Shown one piece after another: positions 8,626 through 17,212 of a stretch of DNA of 53,625 nucleotides. This DNA is from an uncultured Patescibacteria group bacterium. Its GTDB lineage: Bacteria; Patescibacteriota; Patescibacteriia; Veblenbacterales; UBA10138. The stretch covers positions 1 through 53,625 of the forward strand of contig CALFUV010000003.1 of the NCBI GenBank assembly GCA_937929825.1, written 5' to 3'. A program made the position numbers and the translations under genes. The notes below the pieces were generated by a model, which ran no database searches, had not been told where the DNA came from, and saw only the letters and a program-made list of their open reading frames with translations. The first letter of the stretch is position 1; every line of letters begins with the position of its first letter.

Positions 8626-9738
8626 TTAATAACTTCTTAGTTTGTTTTGACAACTTTCATAAACTAATTTCGTTTGTTTAACTGTTTCTTGCCAAGAATA
8701 AGTTTTTAGTATTTTATTAGTCTGAAAACTTAATTCTTTTCGTATAGCCGGTAATAAAGATTTTTCTACAGCTTGAGCAATAGCCATAGGCTCTTCGGGT
8801 TTAGCATAAATAGCTGCTTGTCCTAAAATTTCTTTTAAAACTGGTATATCAGAAGCTACCACTATAGCTTGCTGGCTTAATGCTTCAACTGCTCCTAAAC
8901 CAAAACCTTCCTGAAAAGATAAAATAAGATAAACCAAACAACCTCGATAAAGACTAGCCAGCTCAGAGTCTGAAACGTCCGTTATTTGTTTAACCCATTT
9001 ATCATATCCGGCAACCTTAAGCTCAGTATTTAATCTTCGGCTAAAAAAATCTTCTTTACTTACTAACCATAGTTCTAAATCGGGTATTTTTTTTCTTAGT
9101 AAAGCCACTGCACGTACACAGTTTTCTATGTTTTTATGAGGATACATAGCCCCCACCATTAATAAATATGGTTTATCAGATTTAAATTTTTTAATTTTTG
9201 GTAATTTGGTTGGAGCTAATTTTATAACTTTTATTTTATCTTTACAATCAGGATAATATTGGCTAATATCATTAGCTACTGTCTGACTAACTGTAATAAT
9301 ACACGCAGCTTGTTTAGTTAAACGCCTAAGCAGTACACGATAAGCTAATATTTTACTCCAGTAAAAAGGTCCAGGTAGGGTTGAGGCTCGTTCCGTTGGC
9401 ATATGATGAAGAATAAGATCATGAATAGTAATAACAAATGGCCTTGGACAAAAAAATGGTGCGCTAAAATGAGGAAAATGAACAAGATCAGGTTTTAAAC
9501 GGTTAATCAAATTGGGTATTTCCCATTGTTCTTTAATACTATAAATACGAGCTTGGACTGGATAAGTGTTAAAAAATGATCCTATATTGGTAAATAAAGA
9601 CTGATCACCTTCTTGTACTAACAATGAATAGTGGTGTATTCCCGGGTCGGTAGCTAAACCGTGAACTAATTCCATTATATATCTACCTATACCGCGATGT
9701 TGAAGTCCGTAAAGTCGGGCATCAATTAAAATATTCAT
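8626..9738 (-). CDS. Glycosyltransferase family 4 (GT-B, Glycos_transf_1)
   Basis: 370 aa. C-terminal E-x7-E region EGFGLGAVEALSQQAIVVASDIPVLKEILG. ATGA overlap with the upstream GT. Confidence 0.85.
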   Translation of the reverse strand: MNILIDARLYGLQHRGIGRYIMELVHGLATDPGIHHYSLLVQEGDQSLFTNIGSFFNTYPVQARIYSIKEQWEIPNLINRLKPDLVHFPHFSAPFFCPRPFVITIHDLILHHMPTERASTLPGPFYWSKILAYRVLLRRLTKQAACIITVSQTVANDISQYYPDCKDKIKVIKLAPTKLPKIKKFKSDKPYLLMVGAMYPHKNIENCVRAVALLRKKIPDLELWLVSKEDFFSRRLNTELKVAGYDKWVKQITDVSDSELASLYRGCLVYLILSFQEGFGLGAVEALSQQAIVVASDIPVLKEILGQAAIYAKPEEPMAIAQAVEKSLLPAIRKELSFQTNKILKTYSWQETVKQTKLVYESCQNKLRSY

Positions 9739-10892
9739 GATAAATTTATTAATTCTTCAAAAAGAGTGTGATAGGCAGCTGTTGTTCTAGACCAAGAAAA
9801 TTTACTGGCTTGTTTTTTACCTAAAACTGATAATTTATTTTGTTCGGCATTATCCACCCACAACCAATTAATTGTTTGAGCCCAAGCAACTGGTAAATCT
9901 GGTGGCAACAGAATAGCCGATTCACCAAGAACCTCTGGTAAAGAAGAGGTATGGCTAGCAATTACCGGACAACCACTGGCCATAGCTTCTAGGGGTGGTA
10001 AACCTATGCCTTCATATAAAGATGGAAATAAAAAAATACTAGCCAACTGATAAAGAGCAGGCTTGTCATCATCAGCCACGTAACCAATGAATTTAATTTT
10101 ATTCTTAAATTGAGATTTTTCGTGTATTTTTTTAATTTTACTATATCGCCAACCCCAACCTCCGGCTATAATCAGTTCCGGAGTATTTGAATTTATACCA
10201 GCTAATATTTCATAAGCTCGTAACAAGGTTTGATAATTTTTTCTCGGCTCAACCGTACCTAAAGATAACAGGAATTTCTCCGGTAAATTATACTTTTTTT
10301 TGACACTGATTAACTTTTCTTTTGTTACTGGTATAAAATATTTTTCATTCAAACCTGGTGGTACTATGCGAATTTTTGACGCCAATTTAGGAAAAAACTG
10401 TTTAACATCAGCTGCTGTATGTTCAGATACACAGGCTATCAAGCTTCTCTCTGGTAATCCTGAGGATAAAAAACGACGTACTGCCGGAAAAAACCACCAC
10501 CTTCCTTTATGTGGAAAAAATTCTGGCCAATGAATAAATGAAATATCGTGAATAGTAAGCAGGGTGGGTATATTGCTTCTGATATTTACAAAACCAGGAT
10601 TAGGTAACCAAAGTAAATCGACTTTTCCAGAATGACTAGCTAATTCATCAAGCCCAGCCCCCCAGCGCCAAAAAAACTTAAGATTCATTAATTTATTAGG
10701 TATACGTCCCCGCGTTATCCTTAGAACATTATTTAAATCTTGGGGTAAATCAATCTGACCAATAGCATTTAAAAATCCGTTTATTTTTAAATCAGACCAA
10801 TTTTTTAACTGAGACAAAATCTGCCAAGTATATTCCCCTACTCCGGTTCTCCATTTATCCTGTAAACAACGTAAATCAATAACTACATTCAT
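9735..10892 (-). CDS. Glycosyltransferase family 4
   Basis: 385 aa with motif YEGIGLPPLEAMASGCPVIASHTSSLPEVLG. Confidence 0.85.
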   Translation of the reverse strand: MNVVIDLRCLQDKWRTGVGEYTWQILSQLKNWSDLKINGFLNAIGQIDLPQDLNNVLRITRGRIPNKLMNLKFFWRWGAGLDELASHSGKVDLLWLPNPGFVNIRSNIPTLLTIHDISFIHWPEFFPHKGRWWFFPAVRRFLSSGLPERSLIACVSEHTAADVKQFFPKLASKIRIVPPGLNEKYFIPVTKEKLISVKKKYNLPEKFLLSLGTVEPRKNYQTLLRAYEILAGINSNTPELIIAGGWGWRYSKIKKIHEKSQFKNKIKFIGYVADDDKPALYQLASIFLFPSLYEGIGLPPLEAMASGCPVIASHTSSLPEVLGESAILLPPDLPVAWAQTINWLWVDNAEQNKLSVLGKKQASKFSWSRTTAAYHTLFEELINLS

Positions 10893-10895
10893 AGG

Positions 10896-11981
10896 TTATT
10901 GAATTTTTAATTCTGACAAATAACTATACCAATTATCTCTAAATTTTTGTATAGAGAATTTTTCAGCTTGTTTCTGAATAGCTACCGGGTCGTATTGTTG
11001 ATAACGAAAATGGATAACCGCGTCAGCCAATGATTCCCAGCTTTGTTCAGAGAAAAAGCAACCACTGACATCAGGCTTAATTGTTTCTAAGGCTCCACCA
11101 GAACCATAAGCAATTACCGGGCGGCCGCAAGCATTAGCTTCAACAGCAGTAATACCAAAATCTTCCTCTTGGGGATGAATAAGAGCCTGACAACGGGATA
11201 AATAATAAAATTTTTCTTCATCTGATACATGACCTAAAAATTCAATATTACTTTTAGCCAGAGCTCGTAAACTAGCTTCTTGTTCTCCGGTGCCAATTAT
11301 TTTTAAGGGTATATTCATTTTATTAAAGGCCTTAATAGCTAAATCTACTCTTTTATATGGCCTTAATCTGGAAATTAGTAAAAAATAATCTTCAGGTTCT
11401 TGTAATTTAATTGATGGCATATAAACAGGCGGATAAATAACACGAGCTTGACGTTGATAATACTTTTGAATACGGCGAGCTACAAATTGGGAATTAGCCA
11501 CATAATAATCCACTCTTTGGGAAGCTACATAATCCCACTGCCGTAGATAATTAAGTATTAATGGTAAAAATTTTTTTATTAACTTTGGCTCTGGTAAATC
11601 AGAGGTATACTGATGAGAATCACTCCATAAATAACGAGTTGGTGTATGGCAATAACAAATATTTATGACTTCAGGCTTAACAATTAAACCTTTAATAAAC
11701 GCTGAGGCTGAAGTTATGACTAAATCATAACCTGATAAATCGAGTTGTTCTACAGCTGTGGGCATCAACCAAACATACCATTTAAACCAGCGTATGCCGC
11801 CGGGAAGTTTAGATAAAAAGGAAGTTTTAATGTCCCAATCACTAAAATAATTTCCTACCGCTGCCTGATCATAAAGTAAAGTAAAAACAGGAGCCTCAGG
11901 GTACATATTATGAAACTCAGACAAGACTCTTTCAGCCCCACCGATTTGATTTAAATGATCATGAGCTAAAGCCACTTTCAT
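10896..11981 (-). CDS. Glycosyltransferase family 4
   Basis: 361 aa with motif EEDFGITAVEANACGRPVIAYGSGGALETI. Confidence 0.85.
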   Translation of the reverse strand: MKVALAHDHLNQIGGAERVLSEFHNMYPEAPVFTLLYDQAAVGNYFSDWDIKTSFLSKLPGGIRWFKWYVWLMPTAVEQLDLSGYDLVITSASAFIKGLIVKPEVINICYCHTPTRYLWSDSHQYTSDLPEPKLIKKFLPLILNYLRQWDYVASQRVDYYVANSQFVARRIQKYYQRQARVIYPPVYMPSIKLQEPEDYFLLISRLRPYKRVDLAIKAFNKMNIPLKIIGTGEQEASLRALAKSNIEFLGHVSDEEKFYYLSRCQALIHPQEEDFGITAVEANACGRPVIAYGSGGALETIKPDVSGCFFSEQSWESLADAVIHFRYQQYDPVAIQKQAEKFSIQKFRDNWYSYLSELKIQ

Positions 11982-11984
11982 AAA

Positions 11985-13358
11985 TCAAATGCCGGCACTT
12001 TTTTGCCAAATAACTATTAATGTTTTCATAAGTATTAATATATCATGATTAATTGACCAATTTTCCACATAAAACATATCAAGCCTAACTTCTTCTTCCC
12101 AGCTTAAACCAGATCGCCCAGAAATTTGAGCCAGCCCAGTCATACCCGGTTTGATATTAAGCAATTTACGATGCCTTAATTCATATTTAGCTACCTCGTT
12201 TGGTTCATGGGGCCTAGGACCCACCAAAGACATTTGACCTTTTATTACATTCCAAAGTTGAGGAAGCTCATCAAAAGAGGTTCGTCTTAAAAATCGTCCA
12301 ACTCTAGTAATCCTAGGATCATTAGTCATTTTAAACAAAGGTCCATCGGATCTTTCATTATAAGGCATCAATTCAGCTTTCATAGCGGCAGCATTTTTGA
12401 TCATGGAACGAAATTTAAACATTTGAAATTTACTACCCGCTTCACCAACTCTTTCTAGTTTAACTAATATCGGGGGACCTGAATCAATGATAATTAATAT
12501 AGCCAGCAGTAATAGTAATGGACTTAATATAATTAACATTACTACAGCTATTATAATATCAAACAATCTTTTTAATACTCTACCCCAACCATCAAGAGCC
12601 GTACGTTTAATTTCAATTACCGGCAAACCGGCTAAAGTATGACTAACCACATTATGGCTTTGAGCTTCAAACATATCAGCTACATATTTAAAACCTAAAT
12701 GATTAGCTAAACAAAATTCCAGAATCTGTAAATTATTATTTCGATCTAAATTAATATCTCCCACTAAAACTTCATCTACGCCGATTGCATCACGAGCTAT
12801 ATCCAATTGAATAGGATCTACTCTCTTTACTATTTTAAAACCAAGTTGTGGTTTAGTAATAAAATATTTTTCTAATTCCAAAGTAGCCGCATCCTTACCT
12901 ATTAATAATACATTAATTACACCAATACCGCGTCGATATAAAGCAGTTCGGGTTAATCTTAAAATCAGTCTACCTAATGAAACTAATAAAATACTAAATA
13001 ACCAACCAGCCAAAACAATAAAGCGTGAATTAAATAAATTTGGATTAAAGAAAAACAGAATAATAATTAAAGCCAAACCGGCAGTACAGCTTAAAAATAT
13101 TTTACCCAACTCTTGTGAAAATTTTAATGGACGTTGGATATTATAAAGTCCGGCCACAGCAAATAAAATCAACCAAACAGCCGCCGTAATGGTTAAGGAA
13201 CGAATATAGCTATTTAATGGTAATTCAAATCTAACTGGCAAGCTAGTACTAATAAAAGATTCAAATCTTAATTCATAAGCCAGTAAACCAGCCCCCAGTA
13301 ACATAAAATAATCAATGGGCAAAGAAATAGTGGAAAAAATTAATTGGCTTCTTTTCAT
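11985..13358 (-). CDS. Polyprenyl-phosphate sugar-phosphate transferase (WbaP/WcaJ-type priming enzyme)
   Basis: N-terminal TM bundle plus a C-terminal bacterial sugar transferase domain (PLFKMTNDPRITRVGRFLRRTSFDELPQLWNV...GPRPHEP...KPGMTGLAQISGR). Track start 13382 is TTG; first ATG is at 13358 (MKRSQ...). TATAAT lies 12 nt upstream of that ATG. Confidence 0.88.
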   Translation of the reverse strand: MKRSQLIFSTISLPIDYFMLLGAGLLAYELRFESFISTSLPVRFELPLNSYIRSLTITAAVWLILFAVAGLYNIQRPLKFSQELGKIFLSCTAGLALIIILFFFNPNLFNSRFIVLAGWLFSILLVSLGRLILRLTRTALYRRGIGVINVLLIGKDAATLELEKYFITKPQLGFKIVKRVDPIQLDIARDAIGVDEVLVGDINLDRNNNLQILEFCLANHLGFKYVADMFEAQSHNVVSHTLAGLPVIEIKRTALDGWGRVLKRLFDIIIAVVMLIILSPLLLLLAILIIIDSGPPILVKLERVGEAGSKFQMFKFRSMIKNAAAMKAELMPYNERSDGPLFKMTNDPRITRVGRFLRRTSFDELPQLWNVIKGQMSLVGPRPHEPNEVAKYELRHRKLLNIKPGMTGLAQISGRSGLSWEEEVRLDMFYVENWSINHDILILMKTLIVIWQKSAGI

Positions 13359-13386
13359 AAAGGTATATTTATTATAGCGCAATTCA

Positions 13387-13415
13387 TTGACAAATCACGA
13401 ATCATGTGCTAATTT
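13387..13415 (+). promoter_or_regulatory. Sigma70-type promoter of rnpB
   Basis: TTGACA (13387-13392), 17-nt spacer AATCACGAATCATGTGC, then TAATTT (13410-13415). P1 of the RNase P RNA starts about 7 nt downstream. Confidence 0.55.
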
Positions 13416-13421
13416 TTTTAT

Positions 13422-13812
13422 GCTTGTCACCAATTTGGGCGATTGCTCTGGCTTTTGAGCCTGAGAGGAAAGTCCGAACACCATAGTGTTCCCGCTTTTT
13501 AAAAAGGGAAGGACAACTGCTAATAGCAGCCGTTGGCTTGAGAAATTAAGCCGCAGGACAAGTGCAACAGAAAATAGTCCCGCCTCACGATAGTGAGGTA
13601 AGGGGTGAAACGGTAAGGTAAAAGCTTACCAGCGCGGCTGGTAACAGTCGCGGCTAGGCAAACTCTGTCCGGTGCAATATCAAATAGGGTCCGATTTACG
13701 GACCGGGTTGATAGCTAGAGTTCCTTTGTGAAAAGGAACCAAGATAGATAATCGCCACTCTAAAAATTTTATATAGAGTACAGAATTCGGCTTACAAAAT
13801 TGGTACAAGCTA
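13422..13812 (+). ncRNA. rnpB: RNase P RNA (bacterial type)
   Basis: P1 pairs GCTTGTCACCAATTT (13422-13436) with AAAATTGGTACAAGC (13796-13810). P2 pairs GGCGATT with AATCGCC (about 13750-13756). Universal P4 strands GAGGAAAGTCCG (about 13464-13475) and ACAGAATTCGGCTTAC (about 13780-13795) are present. Ends are approximate. Confidence 0.92.
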
Positions 13813-13824
13813 CCGCATCAAAAA

Positions 13825-13850
13825 ACCCTCATTTTAAAGGGGGTTTTGTT
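13825..13850 (+). terminator. Intrinsic terminator after rnpB
   Basis: Stem ACCCTC / GGGGGT (6 bp including G.U), 8-nt loop, followed by TTTGTT. Confidence 0.45.
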
Positions 13851-13862
13851 ATACCTGATTTA

Positions 13863-13891
13863 TTGATTTATTATACTTTATATGCTAATAA
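13863..13891 (+). promoter_or_regulatory. Candidate promoter of the T9SS-CTD protein gene
   Basis: TTGATT (13863-13868), 17-nt spacer ending in TGC, then TAATAA (13886-13891). GGAG Shine-Dalgarno at 13921-13924, 7 nt before the ATG at 13932. Confidence 0.4.
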
Positions 13892-13931
13892 CAATTTATA
13901 AATAAAAATTCAAAAAATATGGAGTATAAAA

Positions 13932-15014
13932 ATGAAAACCTTAACAATTATTATAATTTTGAGTTTGTTGACTAAATTAACCCCACAAACTCATATAACT
14001 ATAACCGAAGTACAAAACGAAATAAAACAATTTAACAATTGCACAGAAAATTGGCCCGATGTCTGGCGTAAACATCAATTATGCACAGGTTATGAAGTTT
14101 ACCCTTGGCGCGATACTGTGATAATAAACACCAGATCATTATTACAAAATTGGAATACCTTTCCTTTTATATTTAGCGGTGTTTTAAAATACGTTATTCC
14201 ACCACCCAACGCTCTGGCTTTCAATTTAGTTATAATTAGTCCGCTTGGCGATACAGTTTATAATCGCATGGCCCATTATCAGATTATTGGAGAAAACTGG
14301 TCATTTTCCATTGGGTTCCTTCAGTATGTTTATACTGATGAAAATATAATTCTGTTAAATCCTGTTCCGGGATTATATTCCATCAAATCAATTATCAAAG
14401 CGACCCAATTCACTGACCATACTGTTAACTTAAACTTTTCTATTGACAATCCAGTGCCGGTTGAACTAACTAATTTTACCGGTAAAATAATTGGCCGCGA
14501 TATCGTATTAAACTGGACTACAATCACCGAAATTAACAATTATGGTTTTGAGATTGAAAGACAAATCGAAAATAATGGTTTTGAGATTATTGGTTTTGTA
14601 CCAGGAAACAATATCAGTAATTCGCCAAAATTTTATAATTTTGTGGACGCCAATGTTTTGCCGGGAAATTATTCATACCGACTCAAACAGATAGATACTG
14701 AGGGAGGTTATAAATATTCCGAAATAATTAGTATGTCTGTTCAACCACCAACAATATATGCTCTGGAACAAAACTACCCTAATTCTTTCAATTCAGTAAC
14801 AATAATTCGCTATCAGCTTCCTGAAGCATCTCAGGTTAAAATTACTGTTTATAACCTACTAGGACAAGAAGTTAAAAATTTAATTAATAAACATCAGTTT
14901 TCTGGTGTTTATGAAGTAAAATTTGATGCCAGTGATATGAATTCCGGAATTTACATATACCAGCTCCAAGCTGGTATATTCCAAGAAACTAAAAAAATGA
15001 TTCTTATAAAATAA
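13932..15014 (+). CDS. Secreted protein with a T9SS type A C-terminal sorting domain
   Basis: 360 aa with an N-terminal signal-like segment MKTLTIIIILSLLTKL. Middle module LTNFTGK...VLNWTTITEINNYGFEIER...YSYRLKQIDTEGGYKYS. C-terminus QNYPNSFNSVTIIRYQLPEASQVKITVYNLLGQEVKNL...SGIYIYQL is the classic Por/T9SS CTD pattern. Confidence 0.8.
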   Translation: MKTLTIIIILSLLTKLTPQTHITITEVQNEIKQFNNCTENWPDVWRKHQLCTGYEVYPWRDTVIINTRSLLQNWNTFPFIFSGVLKYVIPPPNALAFNLVIISPLGDTVYNRMAHYQIIGENWSFSIGFLQYVYTDENIILLNPVPGLYSIKSIIKATQFTDHTVNLNFSIDNPVPVELTNFTGKIIGRDIVLNWTTITEINNYGFEIERQIENNGFEIIGFVPGNNISNSPKFYNFVDANVLPGNYSYRLKQIDTEGGYKYSEIISMSVQPPTIYALEQNYPNSFNSVTIIRYQLPEASQVKITVYNLLGQEVKNLINKHQFSGVYEVKFDASDMNSGIYIYQLQAGIFQETKKMILIK

Positions 15015-15028
15015 ATTATATTAAACTT

Positions 15029-15064
15029 AAACGCAAGAACACCAAAGTCTTGCGTTTTTATTTT
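15029..15064. terminator. Bidirectional intrinsic terminator between convergent genes
   Basis: 10-bp stem AAACGCAAGA (15029-15038) / TCTTGCGTTT (15048-15057) with a 9-nt loop. T-run on the plus side (15055-15064) and an A-run on the other. Overlaps the rnhA stop codon. Confidence 0.7.
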
Positions 15065-15471
15065 GATATTTTTTTATCAAGCGCTTCATTTACCAATTTA
15101 TCAGCTTTTATATTTTTTTCACGCAAGATATGTCGCCAAGTTATAGACTTAAATTCTTGTGCCAGATTCCAGACTTTCATAAAAATAGGTGCCAATTCTT
15201 TGTTCTTAACCTTATACTCTAATTTAAGCTGTTTCACTACCAGTTCACTATCCAGGTAAATATCTAGAATTTTGCCACCTAAATTTTTAGCTTCTTTTAA
15301 GGCAGTATAAACAGCTTGATATTCTGCCTGATTATTAGTAGTTTGACCAATATAACGGCTAACGTTTAATAAAACCTCACCGGATTCATTTTCAATTACT
15401 ACTCCAATAGCTGCCGGGCCGGGGTTGCCGCGTGCACCTCCATCTGTATGAATGATTAATTTATCAGGCAT
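15058..15471 (-). CDS. rnhA: Ribonuclease HI
   Basis: Motifs TDGGARGNPGPAAIG, NNQAEYQAV and DSELVVKQ carry the DEDD catalytic residues. Track start 15489 is a TTG inside recJ; first ATG is at 15471 (MPDKLIIHTDGG). Confidence 0.85.
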   Translation of the reverse strand: MPDKLIIHTDGGARGNPGPAAIGVVIENESGEVLLNVSRYIGQTTNNQAEYQAVYTALKEAKNLGGKILDIYLDSELVVKQLKLEYKVKNKELAPIFMKVWNLAQEFKSITWRHILREKNIKADKLVNEALDKKISK

Positions 15472-15478
15472 ATATATA

Positions 15479-17203
15479 TTATGAATCAATTTTTCTAATA
15501 TCTACTATTTTTAGTTCCAATTGGCGTATGTCATTCCATTGATTAATACCAATTTCATAAGCCACATCAATTTTATTTCCGGCAAATAAAGTAATTTCTC
15601 TGTCAATAGCCCTAAACCAAATAAATTTTTGTTTTACACCATTTTGCTCAAGCTCTATTCGCCAATGTTGACCAAATCCACCAACTGGCTGCACATTAAT
15701 TACTTTGACGCCCAAACTGACAAATTTAGGCAAGGGATTGCCCTGACCAACAGGCTCCATTTGTAAAATTAATTCTGCCAATTCCCAAGTAATTTGACTA
15801 AAATGCAAAACTGCATCAATATCTAAAACCGGAGTTAAATCTTCCTGAATCAAATATTCAGCCGCAATATCTTGCATTTTAGCAATAAATAATTCAAAAT
15901 TTTCTTTTTTCAAAGAAAATCCAGCGGCCTCTTTATGTCCACCATAACTTATAAGAAGTTCGGAACATTTTTTTAAAGCTGCCGCTAAATCAAAGTTGCC
16001 TATACCAGCACGACCAGAGCCAGCAATTTTATCACCTGATTGGCACATAACTAAAGCCGGTCTGTTATAATATGATACTAATTTACCAGCCACTAAACCA
16101 ACTAAACCCAAAGGCCACCCTGGTTGAAAAGCTTGAACTAAATAAGATTTAGTTGGCGGCTCACCTATTTGTTCTATAGCCTGAGCTAGCATTGTTTCTG
16201 TTACTGTTTGTCGCTCGGTATTAGCCAAATTAATAGAGCGTGCCAATTCTGTTGCTTCTTGTTCATCTTCAGAAGTTAATAAGGCATAAGCAGCATTGGC
16301 ATGATCCATTCTTCCTGCCGCATTAATACGAGGCGCTAATTGCCAACTTATAGCCCATGAATCAATTTCGGAAAATCTTAAGCCTGCTATTTCCACTAAT
16401 TTTCGTAAACCTAATCTTTTTGTTTTCCTTAATACCTGCAAACCATACTTAGTTAAAGTTCTGTTCTCGCCAACGAGTTTAACCATATCAGCTATAGTGG
16501 ATATGGCTACTAATTCAGTTAACCATTTTTCATGAGCTTCTTTTTCTATCTCAGATAATTGACAACCCTCATAACGCAGTAAACCCTGCACTAATTTAAA
16601 AGCTACTCCTCCGCCCGAAAGTAATTTAAAAGGATAAGATTCCTTATGTAAACTGGGGTGTAAAATAGCTAAAGCTGGTGGAAACAAATCCGATGGTTGA
16701 TGATGATCAGTAACTATTGTTTGAATACCCAGCTTAAGAGCGTAATCAATTTGTTTTACATTGGTCACTCCACAATCACAGGTAATCATTAGTCTAATCT
16801 TTTTTTCTTGAAAATAACGTATAGCTTCTTCATTGAGACCGTAACCTTCTCTTTCACGATGTGGTAAATAAATTTCAATACTCGCACCTAATTTTCTTAA
16901 AGTTAAAACTAATATAACTGCCGCGCATACTCCATCAGCATCATAATCTCCAAAAACGCCAATTTTTTGATTGTCACCAATTATTTCATAAATACGCTCT
17001 ACCGCCTTTTTCATATCACGAAATAAAAAAGGATCGTGTATATCTTGTCCCCAATCTGGATTTAAAAACTCATCAATAGCTTCTTGGTTTGTTAAACCTC
17101 TATTCCACAAGAGCTGGAGTAAAACGGGGTTTAATTCTGGAAACCTGCTTAAAATATCATTATTAATTGAGGCGGCTATCTGCCATTTTTTAAGATTAGA
17201 CAT
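15479..17203 (-). CDS. recJ: Single-stranded-DNA-specific exonuclease RecJ
   Basis: 574 aa. DHH family motifs GDYDADG, DCG and VTDHHQP, followed by a DHHA1 region (GGHKEAAGF). Confidence 0.93.
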   Translation of the reverse strand: MSNLKKWQIAASINNDILSRFPELNPVLLQLLWNRGLTNQEAIDEFLNPDWGQDIHDPFLFRDMKKAVERIYEIIGDNQKIGVFGDYDADGVCAAVILVLTLRKLGASIEIYLPHREREGYGLNEEAIRYFQEKKIRLMITCDCGVTNVKQIDYALKLGIQTIVTDHHQPSDLFPPALAILHPSLHKESYPFKLLSGGGVAFKLVQGLLRYEGCQLSEIEKEAHEKWLTELVAISTIADMVKLVGENRTLTKYGLQVLRKTKRLGLRKLVEIAGLRFSEIDSWAISWQLAPRINAAGRMDHANAAYALLTSEDEQEATELARSINLANTERQTVTETMLAQAIEQIGEPPTKSYLVQAFQPGWPLGLVGLVAGKLVSYYNRPALVMCQSGDKIAGSGRAGIGNFDLAAALKKCSELLISYGGHKEAAGFSLKKENFELFIAKMQDIAAEYLIQEDLTPVLDIDAVLHFSQITWELAELILQMEPVGQGNPLPKFVSLGVKVINVQPVGGFGQHWRIELEQNGVKQKFIWFRAIDREITLFAGNKIDVAYEIGINQWNDIRQLELKIVDIRKIDS

Positions 17204-17212
17204 TTTATATAT

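Noticed and set aside
13373-13392. Overlapping divergent promoters between the sugar transferase (TATAAT at 13373-13378, minus) and rnpB (TTGACA at 13387-13392, plus), considered as a special regulatory arrangement.
   Set aside because: Back-to-back promoters in a short divergent spacer are common. The -35 for the minus-strand promoter is poor, and nothing beyond proximity supports co-regulation.
13932-15014. Dismissing the T9SS-CTD gene as contamination or an assembly chimera.
   Set aside because: This is not adopted as the default. Base composition looks like the neighbours, and the promoter layout matches the rnpB promoter. The gene shares a clean bidirectional terminator with rnhA. It still needs read-level verification, so it is reported as a finding rather than discarded.
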